Shown one piece after another: positions 19,745-30,700 of a stretch of DNA of 64,000 nt. A model generated the notes under the pieces. It made no database searches. It was not told the origin of the DNA and was given only the letters and a program-made list of their open reading frames with translations. A program made the translations under genes and the position numbers. Source of the stretch: Chitinophagia bacterium (lineage in GTDB: Bacteria; Bacteroidota; Bacteroidia; Chitinophagales; Chitinophagaceae). Positions within the stretch are counted from its first letter, which is position 1, and the number at the start of each line of letters is the position of its first letter. Where the stretch lies: the NCBI GenBank assembly GCA_046309555.1, contig JBKCOY010000066.1:2694-66693 (forward strand). Reading direction: 5' to 3'.

Positions 19745-20455
19745 ATGAACTGGAGTAAACTTTTTACCTCATCCATCGGAAAAAAAATTGTGATGGCCCT
19801 TACGGGTGTCTTCCTTGTTGTTTTTCTGGTGGTCCATTGCTATGTAAATGCTAATGTCTTCTTTTCCCATGCTGAAGAAAATTTCAATAGAGCAGCCCAT
19901 TTCATGGGGACAAACATCCTTATCCGAATTACAGAGTTAGGATTGTTCGCTGGCTTCATCCTGCATATTGTTCAGGGATACAAGCTCTGGTTGCAGAACA
20001 AATCAGCACGAAAAAGTCGCTATGCCGTTACGGCCGGAAATCAAACCTCCAAATGGTATTCCAGGTCCATGGCGCTGCTGGGAACTTTGATCCTGTTGTT
20101 CCTGATTGTTCACCTCGTTCATTTCTGGGTACCCTCACGTTTTGGAGGATTAGAGCCAGTAACCTACAATGGTATAGAGCATCACAATCTATATGCCCAG
20201 ATGAAAAATGTATTTGCAGAACCCATCTGGGTTATCCTCTACCTCATCGGTTGTTTCTCACTTTCCTGGCATCTGCTTCATGGCGTACAAAGTGCGGCAC
20301 AAACCCTCGGATGGACCAGTAAAAATTTCTTTCCAACCATAAAGGCTTTCGGTATCGTATTCGCTATTGTTGTTCCCTTGATCTTTGCCCTGATGCCACT
20401 TTTCATGCATTTTGGCTGGGAGATCAATACCGGTGACTTGACCTTATTGTTTTAA
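19745..20455 (+). CDS. sdhC: Succinate dehydrogenase/fumarate reductase cytochrome b subunit
   Basis: [13 protein letters not shown], five hydrophobic helices, heme-ligand His motifs (VVH, ILH, IVH, SWHLLHG). Confidence 0.92.
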   Translation: MNWSKLFTSSIGKKIVMALTGVFLVVFLVVHCYVNANVFFSHAEENFNRAAHFMGTNILIRITELGLFAGFILHIVQGYKLWLQNKSARKSRYAVTAGNQTSKWYSRSMALLGTLILLFLIVHLVHFWVPSRFGGLEPVTYNGIEHHNLYAQMKNVFAEPIWVILYLIGCFSLSWHLLHGVQSAAQTLGWTSKNFFPTIKAFGIVFAIVVPLIFALMPLFMHFGWEINTGDLTLLF

Positions 20456-20475
20456 ATTTTCCAAAATCATCATAT

Positions 20476-22449
20476 ATGCTTGATGCTAAAATTCCTGCAG
20501 GCGAACTTGATCAAAAATGGACCAAATACAAGGGTTCCGTTAAACTGGTCAACCCTGCCAATAAACGTAAACTGGAAATCATCGTTGTAGGAACCGGCCT
20601 CGCTGGTTCGTCTGCCGCCGCCAGCTTGGGTGAGATGGGTTATAAAGTAAAAGCCTTTTGTTTTCAGGATTCTCCACGTCGTGCGCACTCCATTGCTGCA
20701 CAAGGCGGAATCAATGCTGCCAAGAATTACCAGAACGATGGCGATTCCGTCTATCGTTTGTTCTACGATACCATCAAAGGTGGAGATTACCGTGCAAGAG
20801 AAGGGAATGTACATCGACTGGCAGAGGTTAGCACCAACATCATCGACCAATGTGTAGCACAGGGTGTTCCCTTCGCTAGGGAATATGGTGGATTGTTGAG
20901 CAACCGTTCGTTTGGAGGTACACAGGTACAGAGAACTTTCTATGCAGCAGGACAAACAGGACAACAATTGCTAATAGGAGCTTATCAGGCTCTCGAGCGC
21001 CAGGTTGCCTTGGGCACTGTTGAAATGCATACCCGTCATGAAATGGTGGAACTGGTAATCATAGACGGCAAGGCACGCGGTATTATTGCCCGTAATCTAG
21101 TTACTGGGGAACTCGAAAGACATTTCGGACATGCTGTCTTATTGTGTACAGGAGGATATGGTAACGTGTTCTATCTTTCCACCAATGCCATGGGATCCAA
21201 TGTCACTGCGGCTTGGAAGGCACATAAAAAGGGTGCATATTTTGCCAATCCCTGTTTTACACAGATCCACCCAACCTGTATTCCAGTTTCAGGTGATCAT
21301 CAGTCCAAACTAACCTTGATGTCTGAATCCCTTCGGAATGACGGCAGGATATGGGTGCCGCTCAAGGAGGGCGACAACAGACCGCCCAATGAGATTCCTG
21401 AGAACGAAAGAGATTATTATCTGGAAAGAAGATATCCGGCCTTTGGTAATCTTGTGCCAAGAGACGTTGCATCAAGGGCTGCCAAAGAGCGCTGCGATGC
21501 TGGCTATGGCGTAGGTTCTTCCAAGCAGGCCGTATACCTTGATTATGCAGCCGCCATTCAGCGTTACGGAAAGGCAGAAGTGAACAAGCGTAACCTGGGA
21601 GATGTAAGTGCTGATGTGATCACCCAACTTGGTAAGGATGTTGTCAAGGAAAAATACGGTAATCTATTCAACATGTATGAGAAGATCACCGGTGAGAATC
21701 CCTACGAAGTACCCATGAGAATCTATCCTGCAGTACACTATACCATGGGCGGACTTTGGGTGGATTATGAACTCAAGACAACCATCGATGGATTGTATGC
21801 CCTTGGTGAAGCCAATTTCAGTGAACATGGAGCCAACAGGCTGGGAGCCTCTGCGCTGATGCAGGGACTTGCCGATGGTTATTTTGTGATCCCTTATACA
21901 CTTGGTAACTACCTGGCTGACGATATCAAGACCAATTCAATTCCTACTGATCATCCTGCTTTCGCTGAGGCAGAGAAAATAGCTTCAGATCGCATCAATA
22001 AATTGATGTCGATCAAGGGTAAGCAGACAGTGGAAAGCTTCCATAAGCGTTTGGGTAAGATCATTTGGGACAAATGTGGAATGGCCAGGACTGCTGAAGG
22101 TTTGAAGCAAGCCATTCAGGAAGTAAGGGCGCTGAAAGAAGAGTTCTGGTCTGATGTACGCATACCCGGAAATGTTGGTGAGATGAATCCCGAGCTCGAC
22201 AAAGCTGGTCGTGTTGCTGATTTCATTGAACTCGGAGAGCTGATGTGTCTGGACGCGCTCGATAGGAACGAAAGCTGCGGCGGTCATTTCAGGGAAGAGT
22301 ATCAGACGCCTGATGGTGAAGCCCTCAGGGATGATGAGAATTACATGTACGTGGCTGCATGGGAAAACAAAGGCTCATCTGAATGGCAGCTCCACAAGGA
22401 GACATTGAACTATGAAATTGTAAAACCAAGTCAGCGTAGTTATAAATAA
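20476..22449 (+). CDS. sdhA: Succinate dehydrogenase/fumarate reductase flavoprotein subunit
   Basis: [49 protein letters not shown]. Confidence 0.96.
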   Translation: MLDAKIPAGELDQKWTKYKGSVKLVNPANKRKLEIIVVGTGLAGSSAAASLGEMGYKVKAFCFQDSPRRAHSIAAQGGINAAKNYQNDGDSVYRLFYDTIKGGDYRAREGNVHRLAEVSTNIIDQCVAQGVPFAREYGGLLSNRSFGGTQVQRTFYAAGQTGQQLLIGAYQALERQVALGTVEMHTRHEMVELVIIDGKARGIIARNLVTGELERHFGHAVLLCTGGYGNVFYLSTNAMGSNVTAAWKAHKKGAYFANPCFTQIHPTCIPVSGDHQSKLTLMSESLRNDGRIWVPLKEGDNRPPNEIPENERDYYLERRYPAFGNLVPRDVASRAAKERCDAGYGVGSSKQAVYLDYAAAIQRYGKAEVNKRNLGDVSADVITQLGKDVVKEKYGNLFNMYEKITGENPYEVPMRIYPAVHYTMGGLWVDYELKTTIDGLYALGEANFSEHGANRLGASALMQGLADGYFVIPYTLGNYLADDIKTNSIPTDHPAFAEAEKIASDRINKLMSIKGKQTVESFHKRLGKIIWDKCGMARTAEGLKQAIQEVRALKEEFWSDVRIPGNVGEMNPELDKAGRVADFIELGELMCLDALDRNESCGGHFREEYQTPDGEALRDDENYMYVAAWENKGSSEWQLHKETLNYEIVKPSQRSYK

Positions 22450-22470
22450 CAAATAAGACAAACAACGTAT

Positions 22471-23232
22471 ATGCAACATTATACAATGAACCTCACCTTG
22501 AAGGTATGGCGTCAGCGGAACAACAATGAGCAGGGACATTTTGAGACCTATGATGTGAAGGATATTTCTTCAGAGATGTCATTCCTGGAGATGTTTGATG
22601 TGTTGAATGAAAGGCTGATTGCTGCAGGCAATGATCCGATTGCTTTTGATCATGATTGCCGTGAAGGAATCTGCGGAATGTGTTCGATGGTGATTGATGG
22701 AAGGCCCCATGGTCCATGGAAAGGAACTACCACCTGCCAGTTGCACATGAGGGCATTTAAAGATGGTGATGTAATCACGGTTGAGCCATTCAGGGCCAAT
22801 GCCTTTCCGGTGGTCAAAGACCTTATGGTGAGCAGAAGTGCTTTTGACAGGATCATTCAGTCTGGTGGATATATTTCCGTGAATACGGGAAATGCAGTGG
22901 ATGGCAATTCAATTCCAATAGAAAAAGATCATGCCGATGATGCATTTGCAGCAGCAGCCTGTATCGGTTGTGGCGCCTGTGTTGCCGCCTGTAAAAATGC
23001 TTCAGCCATGTTGTTTGTTTCTGCCAAAGTATCTCACCTGGCATTGCTTCCACAAGGTGAGCCAGAGAGGAAACAACGTGTTGTCAGCATGATTGCACAA
23101 ATGGACAAAGAAGGTTTCGGCAGTTGTACAAACACGTACGCTTGTGAGGCAGAATGTCCTAAGGAGATTTCTGTGCTAAACATTGCCAGGTTGAACAGGG
23201 AATACCTGAATGCCAACTTGTCTGGTCAGTAA
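22471..23232 (+). CDS. sdhB: Succinate dehydrogenase/fumarate reductase iron-sulfur subunit
   Basis: [31 protein letters not shown] cysteine clusters. Confidence 0.96.
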   Translation: MQHYTMNLTLKVWRQRNNNEQGHFETYDVKDISSEMSFLEMFDVLNERLIAAGNDPIAFDHDCREGICGMCSMVIDGRPHGPWKGTTTCQLHMRAFKDGDVITVEPFRANAFPVVKDLMVSRSAFDRIIQSGGYISVNTGNAVDGNSIPIEKDHADDAFAAAACIGCGACVAACKNASAMLFVSAKVSHLALLPQGEPERKQRVVSMIAQMDKEGFGSCTNTYACEAECPKEISVLNIARLNREYLNANLSGQ

Positions 23233-23283
23233 TTAGCAATTTCCCGATAATTTATTCTGATACGCCCTTTATTGGGCGTATTT
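23164..23283 (+). repeat. Direct repeat copy 1 (last 22 codons and stop of sdhB, plus terminator)
   Basis: Matches 24654-24774 with 4 substitutions and 1 indel; first 50 bp identical. Confidence 0.95.
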
Positions 23284-23287
23284 TTTT
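23260..23287 (+). terminator. Intrinsic terminator of sdhCAB
   Basis: atacgccc-tttatt-gggcgtat 8-bp stem followed by a T run. Confidence 0.88.
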
Positions 23288-23415
23288 ATTTCAATATTCA
23301 AAGCTTAAATTTTGTCTGCACGGTAAATGATATTTTCTAGGGAAAATCATTTCGGGGATTCAAATAGCAAGAAGGGAGATATAATGGGTGTTTTATCATT
23401 TATTTTCCATTATTC

Positions 23416-23464
23416 AGGATTAAAATCCGTAATAATGGCAATATTTAAGGATTGAAATCCGTAA
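23416..23464. promoter_or_regulatory. Tandem palindromic operator-like sites GGATT-NN-AATCC
   Basis: aggattaaaatccgtaa (23416-23432) and aggattgaaatccgtaa (23448-23464), 32 bp apart. Confidence 0.65.
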
Positions 23465-23470
23465 ATCATG

Positions 23471-23478
23471 TAATTTTG
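23471..23478 (+). promoter_or_regulatory. -7 promoter element TAATTTTG for the ATPase gene
   Basis: TAnnTTTG match 17 nt before ATG 23496. Confidence 0.6.
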
Positions 23479-23495
23479 TCGGAAAGGTTGATTTT

Positions 23496-24617
23496 ATGAT
23501 AGAGCGTTCACTTGAGAAAACAATACGGTCAAAGCTTAAAACCGGGAAGGCAATTATTTTGATGGGAGCTCGTCAGGTGGGTAAGACAACCTTATTGAAA
23601 AAACTATTTGAAGATGATCGTGATGTTTTGTGGTTGAGTGGTGACGAAAAAGACGTACAGGATTTGTTTCTGCATAGTTCATCAACGCGTTTGAAGGCGT
23701 TTTTTGGGAAGAATAAAACAGTGATTATTGATGAGGCGCAACGCATCCAGGAAATAGGGTTGCGCATGAAATTGATTACTGATCAGATACCGGAGGTTCA
23801 ATTGGTAGTAACAGGAAGTTCTTCTTTTGAGTTGGCCAATCAAATCAATGAACCGCTTACAGGGCGTAAATGGGAGTATAAAATGTATCCCATATCATTT
23901 GGTGAAATGGTAACCAACCATGGGCTATTGGAAGAAAAGCGCTTGTTGCCGCACAGAATGGTGTATGGGTACTATCCAGAAGTGGTGAATCATATTGGTT
24001 CTGAGAAGGAAATATTAAAACAACTGTCAGATAGCTTTTTATATAAAGATGTTTTGCTGTTGGATCAGATCCAAAAGCCCGATGGGTTGATCAAACTGCT
24101 ACAAGCATTGGCCTATCAGGTCGGTTCTCAGGTTTCTTACAATGAATTGTCACTGTTGACAGGCCTGGATGCCAAAACGGTGGACAAATACATAACTGTT
24201 TTGGAGCAGGCATATGTTGTTTTCAGGCTTGGTTCTTTCAGTAGAAATCTTCGTTCGGAATTGAAAAAGAGCCGGAAAATTTATTTTTACGACAATGGCA
24301 TTCGAAATGCCTTGATTGCAAATTTCAACCAGCTTGAGAGCAGGCAGGATGTTGGGGCGCTTTGGGAGAATTTTTTAATGGCAGAGCGAAAAAAATATCT
24401 TGAATACCATCAACAATGGAGCAACGTTTGGTATTGGCGCACAACGGAGCAGGCAGAGATTGATTATGTGGAGGAAGAGGGTGGAAAGATCAATGCGTAC
24501 GAAATGAAATGGAATGAAAACGCGAAACATAAGCTTCCCCGCCTTTTTCTGAATACCTATCCAGATAGTGTTTTCAAGGTGATACATCCGGGTAATGTGG
24601 AGGATTTTTTGTTATAA
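23496..24617 (+). CDS. AAA_14 ATPase with C-terminal DUF4143-like domain (COG1373-type)
   Basis: Walker A GARQVGKT, Walker B VIIDEAQ, VTGSSS, KSRKIYFYDNG, C-terminal EIDYVEE...AYEMK. Confidence 0.88.
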   Translation: MIERSLEKTIRSKLKTGKAIILMGARQVGKTTLLKKLFEDDRDVLWLSGDEKDVQDLFLHSSSTRLKAFFGKNKTVIIDEAQRIQEIGLRMKLITDQIPEVQLVVTGSSSFELANQINEPLTGRKWEYKMYPISFGEMVTNHGLLEEKRLLPHRMVYGYYPEVVNHIGSEKEILKQLSDSFLYKDVLLLDQIQKPDGLIKLLQALAYQVGSQVSYNELSLLTGLDAKTVDKYITVLEQAYVVFRLGSFSRNLRSELKKSRKIYFYDNGIRNALIANFNQLESRQDVGALWENFLMAERKKYLEYHQQWSNVWYWRTTEQAEIDYVEEEGGKINAYEMKWNENAKHKLPRLFLNTYPDSVFKVIHPGNVEDFLL

Positions 24618-24653
24618 GTTCCATTTTATTGCGCTACAATATTTCATCTAGAA

Positions 24654-24774
24654 GAGATTTCTGTGCTAAACATTGCCAGGTTGAACAGGGAATACCTGAA
24701 TGCTAACCTGTCTGGTCAATAATTAGCAATTTCCCCTATAATTTATTCTGATACGCCCTTTATTGGGCGTATTT
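24654..24774 (+). repeat. Direct repeat copy 2 (orphan sdhB 3' end encoding [22 protein letters not shown], plus terminator hairpin)
   Basis: Same peptide as the sdhB C-terminus, three synonymous changes; hairpin at 24751-24772 with shortened T tract. Confidence 0.95.
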
Positions 24775-24799
24775 AGCTTTAATTTCTCAAGTTTATTGT

Positions 24800-25924
24800 T
24801 TATCTAGGCCAGTAAAGAAATCCGCTTATCTTCCTGTTGTACCTGCTGGCTGAAGCATTGATCGCCTTGAGATAGACTGTAGTTTCAGGAAATGCAAGCA
24901 ACAACTCTTCCAATGCATAGATGGAGGAAGAAGGTACATAGGGTTTGTTATAATCAGTCCTTGTTTTATCTGGAGCATAATTGGTTTTCACAAATTCAAC
25001 ATGTACATTGTTGGCAGGGTCAATGAGAAAAGGTTTCCAATAGTTCATCATGTCCTGAACGGAAACATTGATGTTGTTCTTTCTGTTCTTGAATGTGTTC
25101 ATGGCATCATATCCTTCAAAAAAAGCCTTGGCCTTGAATATTCTGGCATAAAACGACAGGTTGTAAGCATGATAGGCAAAGGCATCTCTGCTGATCAGAT
25201 CTTCCGACTTTCCACCTGCCATAACGTTTACGTTAAGCAGAGTAGTATAAGCGACGGCTGCATAATCAAGGAGGTTTTGGGAATCCAGTAAAAACCCAAA
25301 ATAATAAATAAAATTCATCCGGATGGTTTCCCAATTATTGACCCTCGCTGGAAAGTTCTTGAATACCAGCGCTCTTGCATTGATCCATGTGTCCACCTTG
25401 CTTCTGTCTGAAGTTGTCATCCTGCTTCTAACCACGGAATAGGCCTCATAAAATGCAAGATAAGATGTTTCATTGGGGAGATGTGTTGTCGCAGTATTGC
25501 CAAAATTCACCCAGGCCAAAAGAGTGCTTACCACTTTGTCAAAATAGGGCTTTGCTTCATCCGGACTTTTTTCATATAACATCAACCAGCGCAGGGCCAA
25601 AATTTTACAGTCAGTTGCTTGACTGGAAATATTCGAAAAATTATCTGAATTCACTTCCTTGAAAAGTGAGGGTGATTTACTCAGTGCTGCAAGAGAAGGA
25701 GAGTTGATGATGCTTGCAACTGCAGATGACATATCAGTATTGCTTTCAGTCTCGAGTTTGATATACGCTAATGTGATAGAGTCTGCTAAAAGATTAACAG
25801 GAAACCTAGTGTCCTGGACTATTGGTGTTATTGGAACCACAGGTGCCACTGGCGCTGCTGGATCCTTCTTTTTACAAGCGGAGAAAAAAATGAAAAACGA
25901 AATAAATATATAAATGTACTTCAT
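24800..25924 (-). CDS. Lipoprotein, probable alginate-lyase-fold (alpha/alpha toroid) polysaccharide lyase family
   Basis: Lipobox FSAC followed by KKKD; NNW motif and RDAFAYHAY motif resembling the NN(H/W) and RD..HYH..Y motifs of this family. Confidence 0.6.
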   Translation of the reverse strand: MKYIYIFISFFIFFSACKKKDPAAPVAPVVPITPIVQDTRFPVNLLADSITLAYIKLETESNTDMSSAVASIINSPSLAALSKSPSLFKEVNSDNFSNISSQATDCKILALRWLMLYEKSPDEAKPYFDKVVSTLLAWVNFGNTATTHLPNETSYLAFYEAYSVVRSRMTTSDRSKVDTWINARALVFKNFPARVNNWETIRMNFIYYFGFLLDSQNLLDYAAVAYTTLLNVNVMAGGKSEDLISRDAFAYHAYNLSFYARIFKAKAFFEGYDAMNTFKNRKNNINVSVQDMMNYWKPFLIDPANNVHVEFVKTNYAPDKTRTDYNKPYVPSSSIYALEELLLAFPETTVYLKAINASASRYNRKISGFLYWPR

Positions 25925-26388
25925 ACAGTGGTGACTGTTAAAAAATCATATTAGAATTCGTGTATTTTAAAATTAAAAAGAAATTAGTTTGAACACCCTG
26001 ATTTTTTGAACAAAGTTGGATTTAATTTGAATTTTAGCCTTTTATTTATTAGTTGCAAACTGCGCTATTTTATATTAACTGCAACTGGAAGAAAAATAAG
26101 TTTCAGGTTTATAACTGTTGCAGCGGGAGTTGTTTTCTAGGTTCAAGACTTTGCTTCAACGGGTTGTGACGGAAATCTAAGATTGCTTGCGTTGAATTCA
26201 ACAGCCTGCTATACAGCACCTCCAACTGAATAGTTCCAGTGATCAACTTGAAACCAAATAACCCAATTGCGCCAATGACAATTAACCAATAGCGAAAATT
26301 TATGTATTTCCTGATACCGTATGCAGGATGTAAGATTTTGATTATATGTCCCAAACAAGTAACTTTAAAACATCAAAAAAAATCCCTT

Positions 26389-27783
26389 ATGTCAAATTCC
26401 GATTCAAGAAGAAAATTCATCAAACAATTAGGCTCAACGGCAGCTTTGTTTTCAGGCGGTACCATGGGCGCCATGGCCATGGATGAAGAAAAAATCCATC
26501 ATCTGCAACCTGAAAAAAGATACATGTCGAATGATAAAATAAGAGTAGCAGGTATCGGTATGGGAATCATGGGCTTTGGCGACATGAGAGCTGCCCTGAA
26601 AGTGCCCGGAGTGGAAATCGCAGGGGTTTGTGATCTCTATACAGGACACCTCGACAGGGCAAAAGAACTTTGGGGGAATGACCTCTATACAACAAGAGAT
26701 TTTCGTGAACTGCTGCAGAGAAAAGATATTGATGCCGTCATCATCGCCACTCCAGACCATTGGCATGATCATATCTCCATCGCTGCCATGAAAGCCGGCA
26801 AACACGTTTACTGCGAAAAGCCCATGGTTCAGCACCTGGATGAAGGTCATGCAGTCATCAAGACCCAGAAAGAAACCGGAATGGTAATGATCGTGGGCTC
26901 TCAAGGTGTGAGCAGCATCACCCTCGCTGAAGCCAAAAGAAGGATCAAAGCTGGTGATATCGGCGAGATCAATCTGGTTGAAGCGGTAAATGATCGTTTC
27001 AGCTCAAACGGTGCATGGCAATATGCCATACCGTTAGATGCCACACCAGAAACAGTCGACTGGGATAGTTTCCTTGGAGATGCTCCCAAAAGACCTTTCG
27101 ATCCAACCCGCTTTTTCAGATGGAGAAATTATAAGGATTATGGAACTGGAGTAGCAGGTGATCTGTTCATCCATCTCATCTCAGCTGTTCACCATGCAAT
27201 CGACTCTAATGGTCCAACCCGTGTTTTTTCCAGTGGACAGCTTAGCTATTGGAAAGATGGAAGAGATGTTCCCGATGTACTCGCTGCCATCATGGATTAT
27301 CCTAAAACCGACAATCACGGAGCCTTCCAGATGCAACTGAGGGTTAATTTTGCTGATGGCTCTGGCGGAAGCAACAGAACCCGCATCGTTGGATCCGAAG
27401 GTGTGATAGAATGGGGTGGAAACAAGTTCACACTGAAAAAACAAAAGTTGCCTAAGGCTGCAGAATTGGGTGGATACGACAGCTATCTTCATTTCTCCGA
27501 AAAACAGAGAGCTGAATATGTGAAATGGTACAATACTACCAACTCAGCTGACGATAGAAAAGCTTTCGCACCTGAAGAGATCAAATATGCAGCTCCAGTG
27601 GGTTATGATGAAAGGGTTGATCACTTTGCCAATTTCTTCCAGGCCATAAGAACAAAGGGTACTGTAGTGGAAGATCCAACCTTTGGTTTGCGAGCTGCCG
27701 GTCCGGCACTTGCCAGCAACCTGAGTTATGAAAAAGGTAAGATCATCAACTGGGATCCTGTGAGCATGAAATTGATCAAATAA
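26389..27783 (+). CDS. Tat-exported Gfo/Idh/MocA family oxidoreductase
   Basis: Twin-arginine SRRKFIK, IGMGIMG, IATPDHWH, HVYCEKP; ATG 26389 preferred. Confidence 0.88.
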   Translation: MSNSDSRRKFIKQLGSTAALFSGGTMGAMAMDEEKIHHLQPEKRYMSNDKIRVAGIGMGIMGFGDMRAALKVPGVEIAGVCDLYTGHLDRAKELWGNDLYTTRDFRELLQRKDIDAVIIATPDHWHDHISIAAMKAGKHVYCEKPMVQHLDEGHAVIKTQKETGMVMIVGSQGVSSITLAEAKRRIKAGDIGEINLVEAVNDRFSSNGAWQYAIPLDATPETVDWDSFLGDAPKRPFDPTRFFRWRNYKDYGTGVAGDLFIHLISAVHHAIDSNGPTRVFSSGQLSYWKDGRDVPDVLAAIMDYPKTDNHGAFQMQLRVNFADGSGGSNRTRIVGSEGVIEWGGNKFTLKKQKLPKAAELGGYDSYLHFSEKQRAEYVKWYNTTNSADDRKAFAPEEIKYAAPVGYDERVDHFANFFQAIRTKGTVVEDPTFGLRAAGPALASNLSYEKGKIINWDPVSMKLIK

Positions 27784-27789
27784 AAACAT

Positions 27790-30700
27790 GTGGTATCCAA
27801 AAGGATAATCGCCCTGTTGTTTCTGACGATTGGAGTACTGGTTTCTCAAGGCCAGGACATCTCCAATATCAGAACAAAACTTTACAGAATCTCGGGAGAA
27901 ACAATTTTAATTGATAGTTCAGTTGTTGTTCCCAACTCATTAAAAATCAGCGGAGTAGACTCCGCTGATTTTGTTATGGATTATACCCGGGGATTGCTAA
28001 ACTGGAAGAAGATTCCACCTCTAAAGGAGATATGGATATCTTACCGGGTGATGCCGTTTTCACTTGGTCAGGTCAGCAAAAGGTTATCTTTTGACAGTGT
28101 TTTCTACCGATTCGGAATCACACCAGAAAAACTTTCCGGAAAAACCTCGAACCAGAAGCCTTTGGACTTCGGCAAGCTATCCTCCAACGGCAGTATCGGC
28201 CGTTCACTGTCTTTCGGAAACCGGCAGGATGCCGTTTTCAATTCCAGTCTTAACCTCCAACTGAATGGTTACATGGGCGACAGCATCCTCATCAATGCTG
28301 CCATTTCAGACAACAATATTCCTATTCAGCCGGATGGCAATACACAGAATCTGAACGAATTTGATCAGGTATACATTCAGTTTTCCAAGGAGAAATGGAA
28401 ACTCTCCGTGGGAGATCTTGACATCCGACAAAACCAGCAGTATTATCTGAATTTTTACAAAAGACTACAAGGCATATCCTATGCAGCTGAAACGAATATA
28501 AGTCCCACCATAAAAAATCAGGTGCTTGCCAGTGGGGCAGTGGCAAAGGGTAAATTCACCAGAAATGTTTTTCAGGGTGTCGAGGGTAATCAGGGTCCAT
28601 ACCGGTTAAAGGGTGCCAATCAGGAACTGTTTTTCATTGTGCTTGCGGGAACAGAGAGAGTATTTATAGATGGTGAATTGATGCAGAGAGGAGAGGATCA
28701 GGATTATGTGATCAATTACAATACGGCGGAAGTTACTTTCATGCCCAAACAGATGATCACCAAGGACAAAAGGATACAGATTGAGTTTGAGTATGCCGAC
28801 AGGAATTTTCTGAATTCCCAATTGTATCTCAATAACAAAATTGAAGTGGACAAGAAGCTCAGTATTTCAGTGGGGTATTTTGGAAATACAGATGCAAGAA
28901 ACTCCCCGATCAACCAGACCCTGGATGCAGGGCAGAAGCAGTTCCTCTCTTCCATTGGCAACAACATCAATCAGGCTTTTTACCCTGCGGCCGTTGCTGA
29001 TACATTTTCGCAAGGTAAACTCCTTTATAAAAAAACAGATACACTTCGCAGCAATGGCAAACGCGATACAATTTTTGTTTATCAGAAAACAGTTGCCCCT
29101 GATCTTTATGCTCTCTCTTTTTCTGACCTGGGTGAAGGCATGGGTAATTACGTATTAGACAAAGAAATTGCTGCCAATGGTAAGGTATTCAAATGGGTGG
29201 CGCCAGACGCGCAAACAGGTAAAAAATCAGGTCGATATGAACCTGTGATACTCCTGGTAGCGCCAAAAAAGCAATCCATTTTCTCGGTTTCCGCAAAGTG
29301 GAATGCAACTGAGAATACCAGTCTGGCAGCAGACCTTGCTTTGAGCAATTATGATCCCAATCGTTTTTCGAATGTAAACGGACAGTATGGACAGGCAGCG
29401 AGGATCATTTTCGACAATACCCAATTGTTGAACCGTGACAAAGGCGTATCACTCAAAACCAATTTGAATGCAGAGTATAACAGTTCCGGATTCAAACCGG
29501 TGGAGCGATTGAGAACAGTTGAGTTTACGAGAGATTGGGGACTGGATCTGGTGGTGATACCGGCTGAAGAGAAATTGTTAAGAAGTGAATTCATGGTTGA
29601 AGACAAAGAAGGATCATCACTCAATTACCAGTTGGGTGGCTATTCCCGAAACAGTGATTTCAAAGCCATACGGAATCAGTTGATGCATAAGGTAAGTAAG
29701 AAAGGATGGGTGTTGAACAATCAATTCTCGCTGACTTCATTTAACGATGATCTGCAAAAAGGATTTTTTCTGAGACCAATCGTGGATGTTTCCAAGAAGA
29801 TCCCAAGTTTATCCAATCGGGAGTTTTCTGCCAGGTACACTTTGGAAAATACCACCACAACCAACAAGACAACTGAAGCACTCACCCCAGGTAGTTTTTC
29901 ATTTAGCACTTTACAAGTGGCAACCCAATCCGATCCGGAAAAAGCAAACAAATGGGGCTTGAAATATTTTACAAGAACTGATGCGTTACCCCTTGGTAAA
30001 GAACTGCTACGATCTGATCAAAGTCACAATATCAATCTGAATGGTGAATGGATGTCGAATGAGCACCATCAGATACGGTTTAATGCTACCTATCGGAAAC
30101 TCAAGGTCATCAATGATCTTTTCAATACCCGTCCGGATGAAGCAATCCTGGGCAGGGTGGAATATTTTACGGATCTATGGAAGGGTGCCATCAATGGAAC
30201 AACCTTGTATGAATTGGGAAGCGGGCAGGAACCGAGAAAAGATTTTACATATTTTGAAGTACCTGCTGGACAGGGAGAATATGCATGGATAGATTATAAC
30301 AATGATGGATTGCAACAGATCAATGAATTTGAGGTGGCAAGGTTCCGGGATCAGGCAAGGTTCATCAGGGTTTTTACCCCAACAAGTGAATTCATCAGAG
30401 CTGATTACCTCAATTATAATTATAACCTTGTCTTCAATCCTTCATTGGCACTGAAACAGGAGAGGGGTAGTCTGTTAGAAGAGTTTTTGAAAAGAATTTA
30501 TTTTCAATCTTCTCTTCAGGTCACAAACAAGCAAACCGCAAATGGTAACCGAAATTTCAATCCCTTTTCCGGCAATTTTGTAGATACCAGCCTGATTACG
30601 AATGAGAGGATACAAAGTCATACACTCTCCTATAACAGATTGAGTCAGGTATGGGGAATTGATCTGAATTATCTGCAAAACGGAAACAAAGCATTTCTTT

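Larger units (their letters stand above)
23284..24774. mobile_element. Integrase-less genomic islet (1490-bp period) inserted at the sdhB 3' end
   Basis: Single cargo gene bracketed by long direct repeats of the sdhB 3' end; no recombinase encoded. Confidence 0.6.

Noticed and set aside
24654-24722. Treating repeat copy 2 as an expressed small gene
   Set aside because: No start codon or promoter in frame; it is a displaced or duplicated sdhB tail.
26191-26202. Perfect 12-bp palindrome gttgaattcaac (also gaaggtaccttc at 32235-32246)
   Set aside because: Single occurrences; several palindromes of this length are expected by chance in 64 kb.
26109-26354. 81-aa - strand ORF with one hydrophobic stretch in the long intergenic gap
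   Set aside because: No recognisable motif or clear promoter, and it runs into the oxidoreductase upstream region; cannot be supported without homology or ribosome profiling.
23284-26388. One larger island covering both the ATPase and the lyase-like gene
   Set aside because: The direct repeats enclose only the ATPase, and no further sdhB-like repeat was seen beyond the lyase-like gene.
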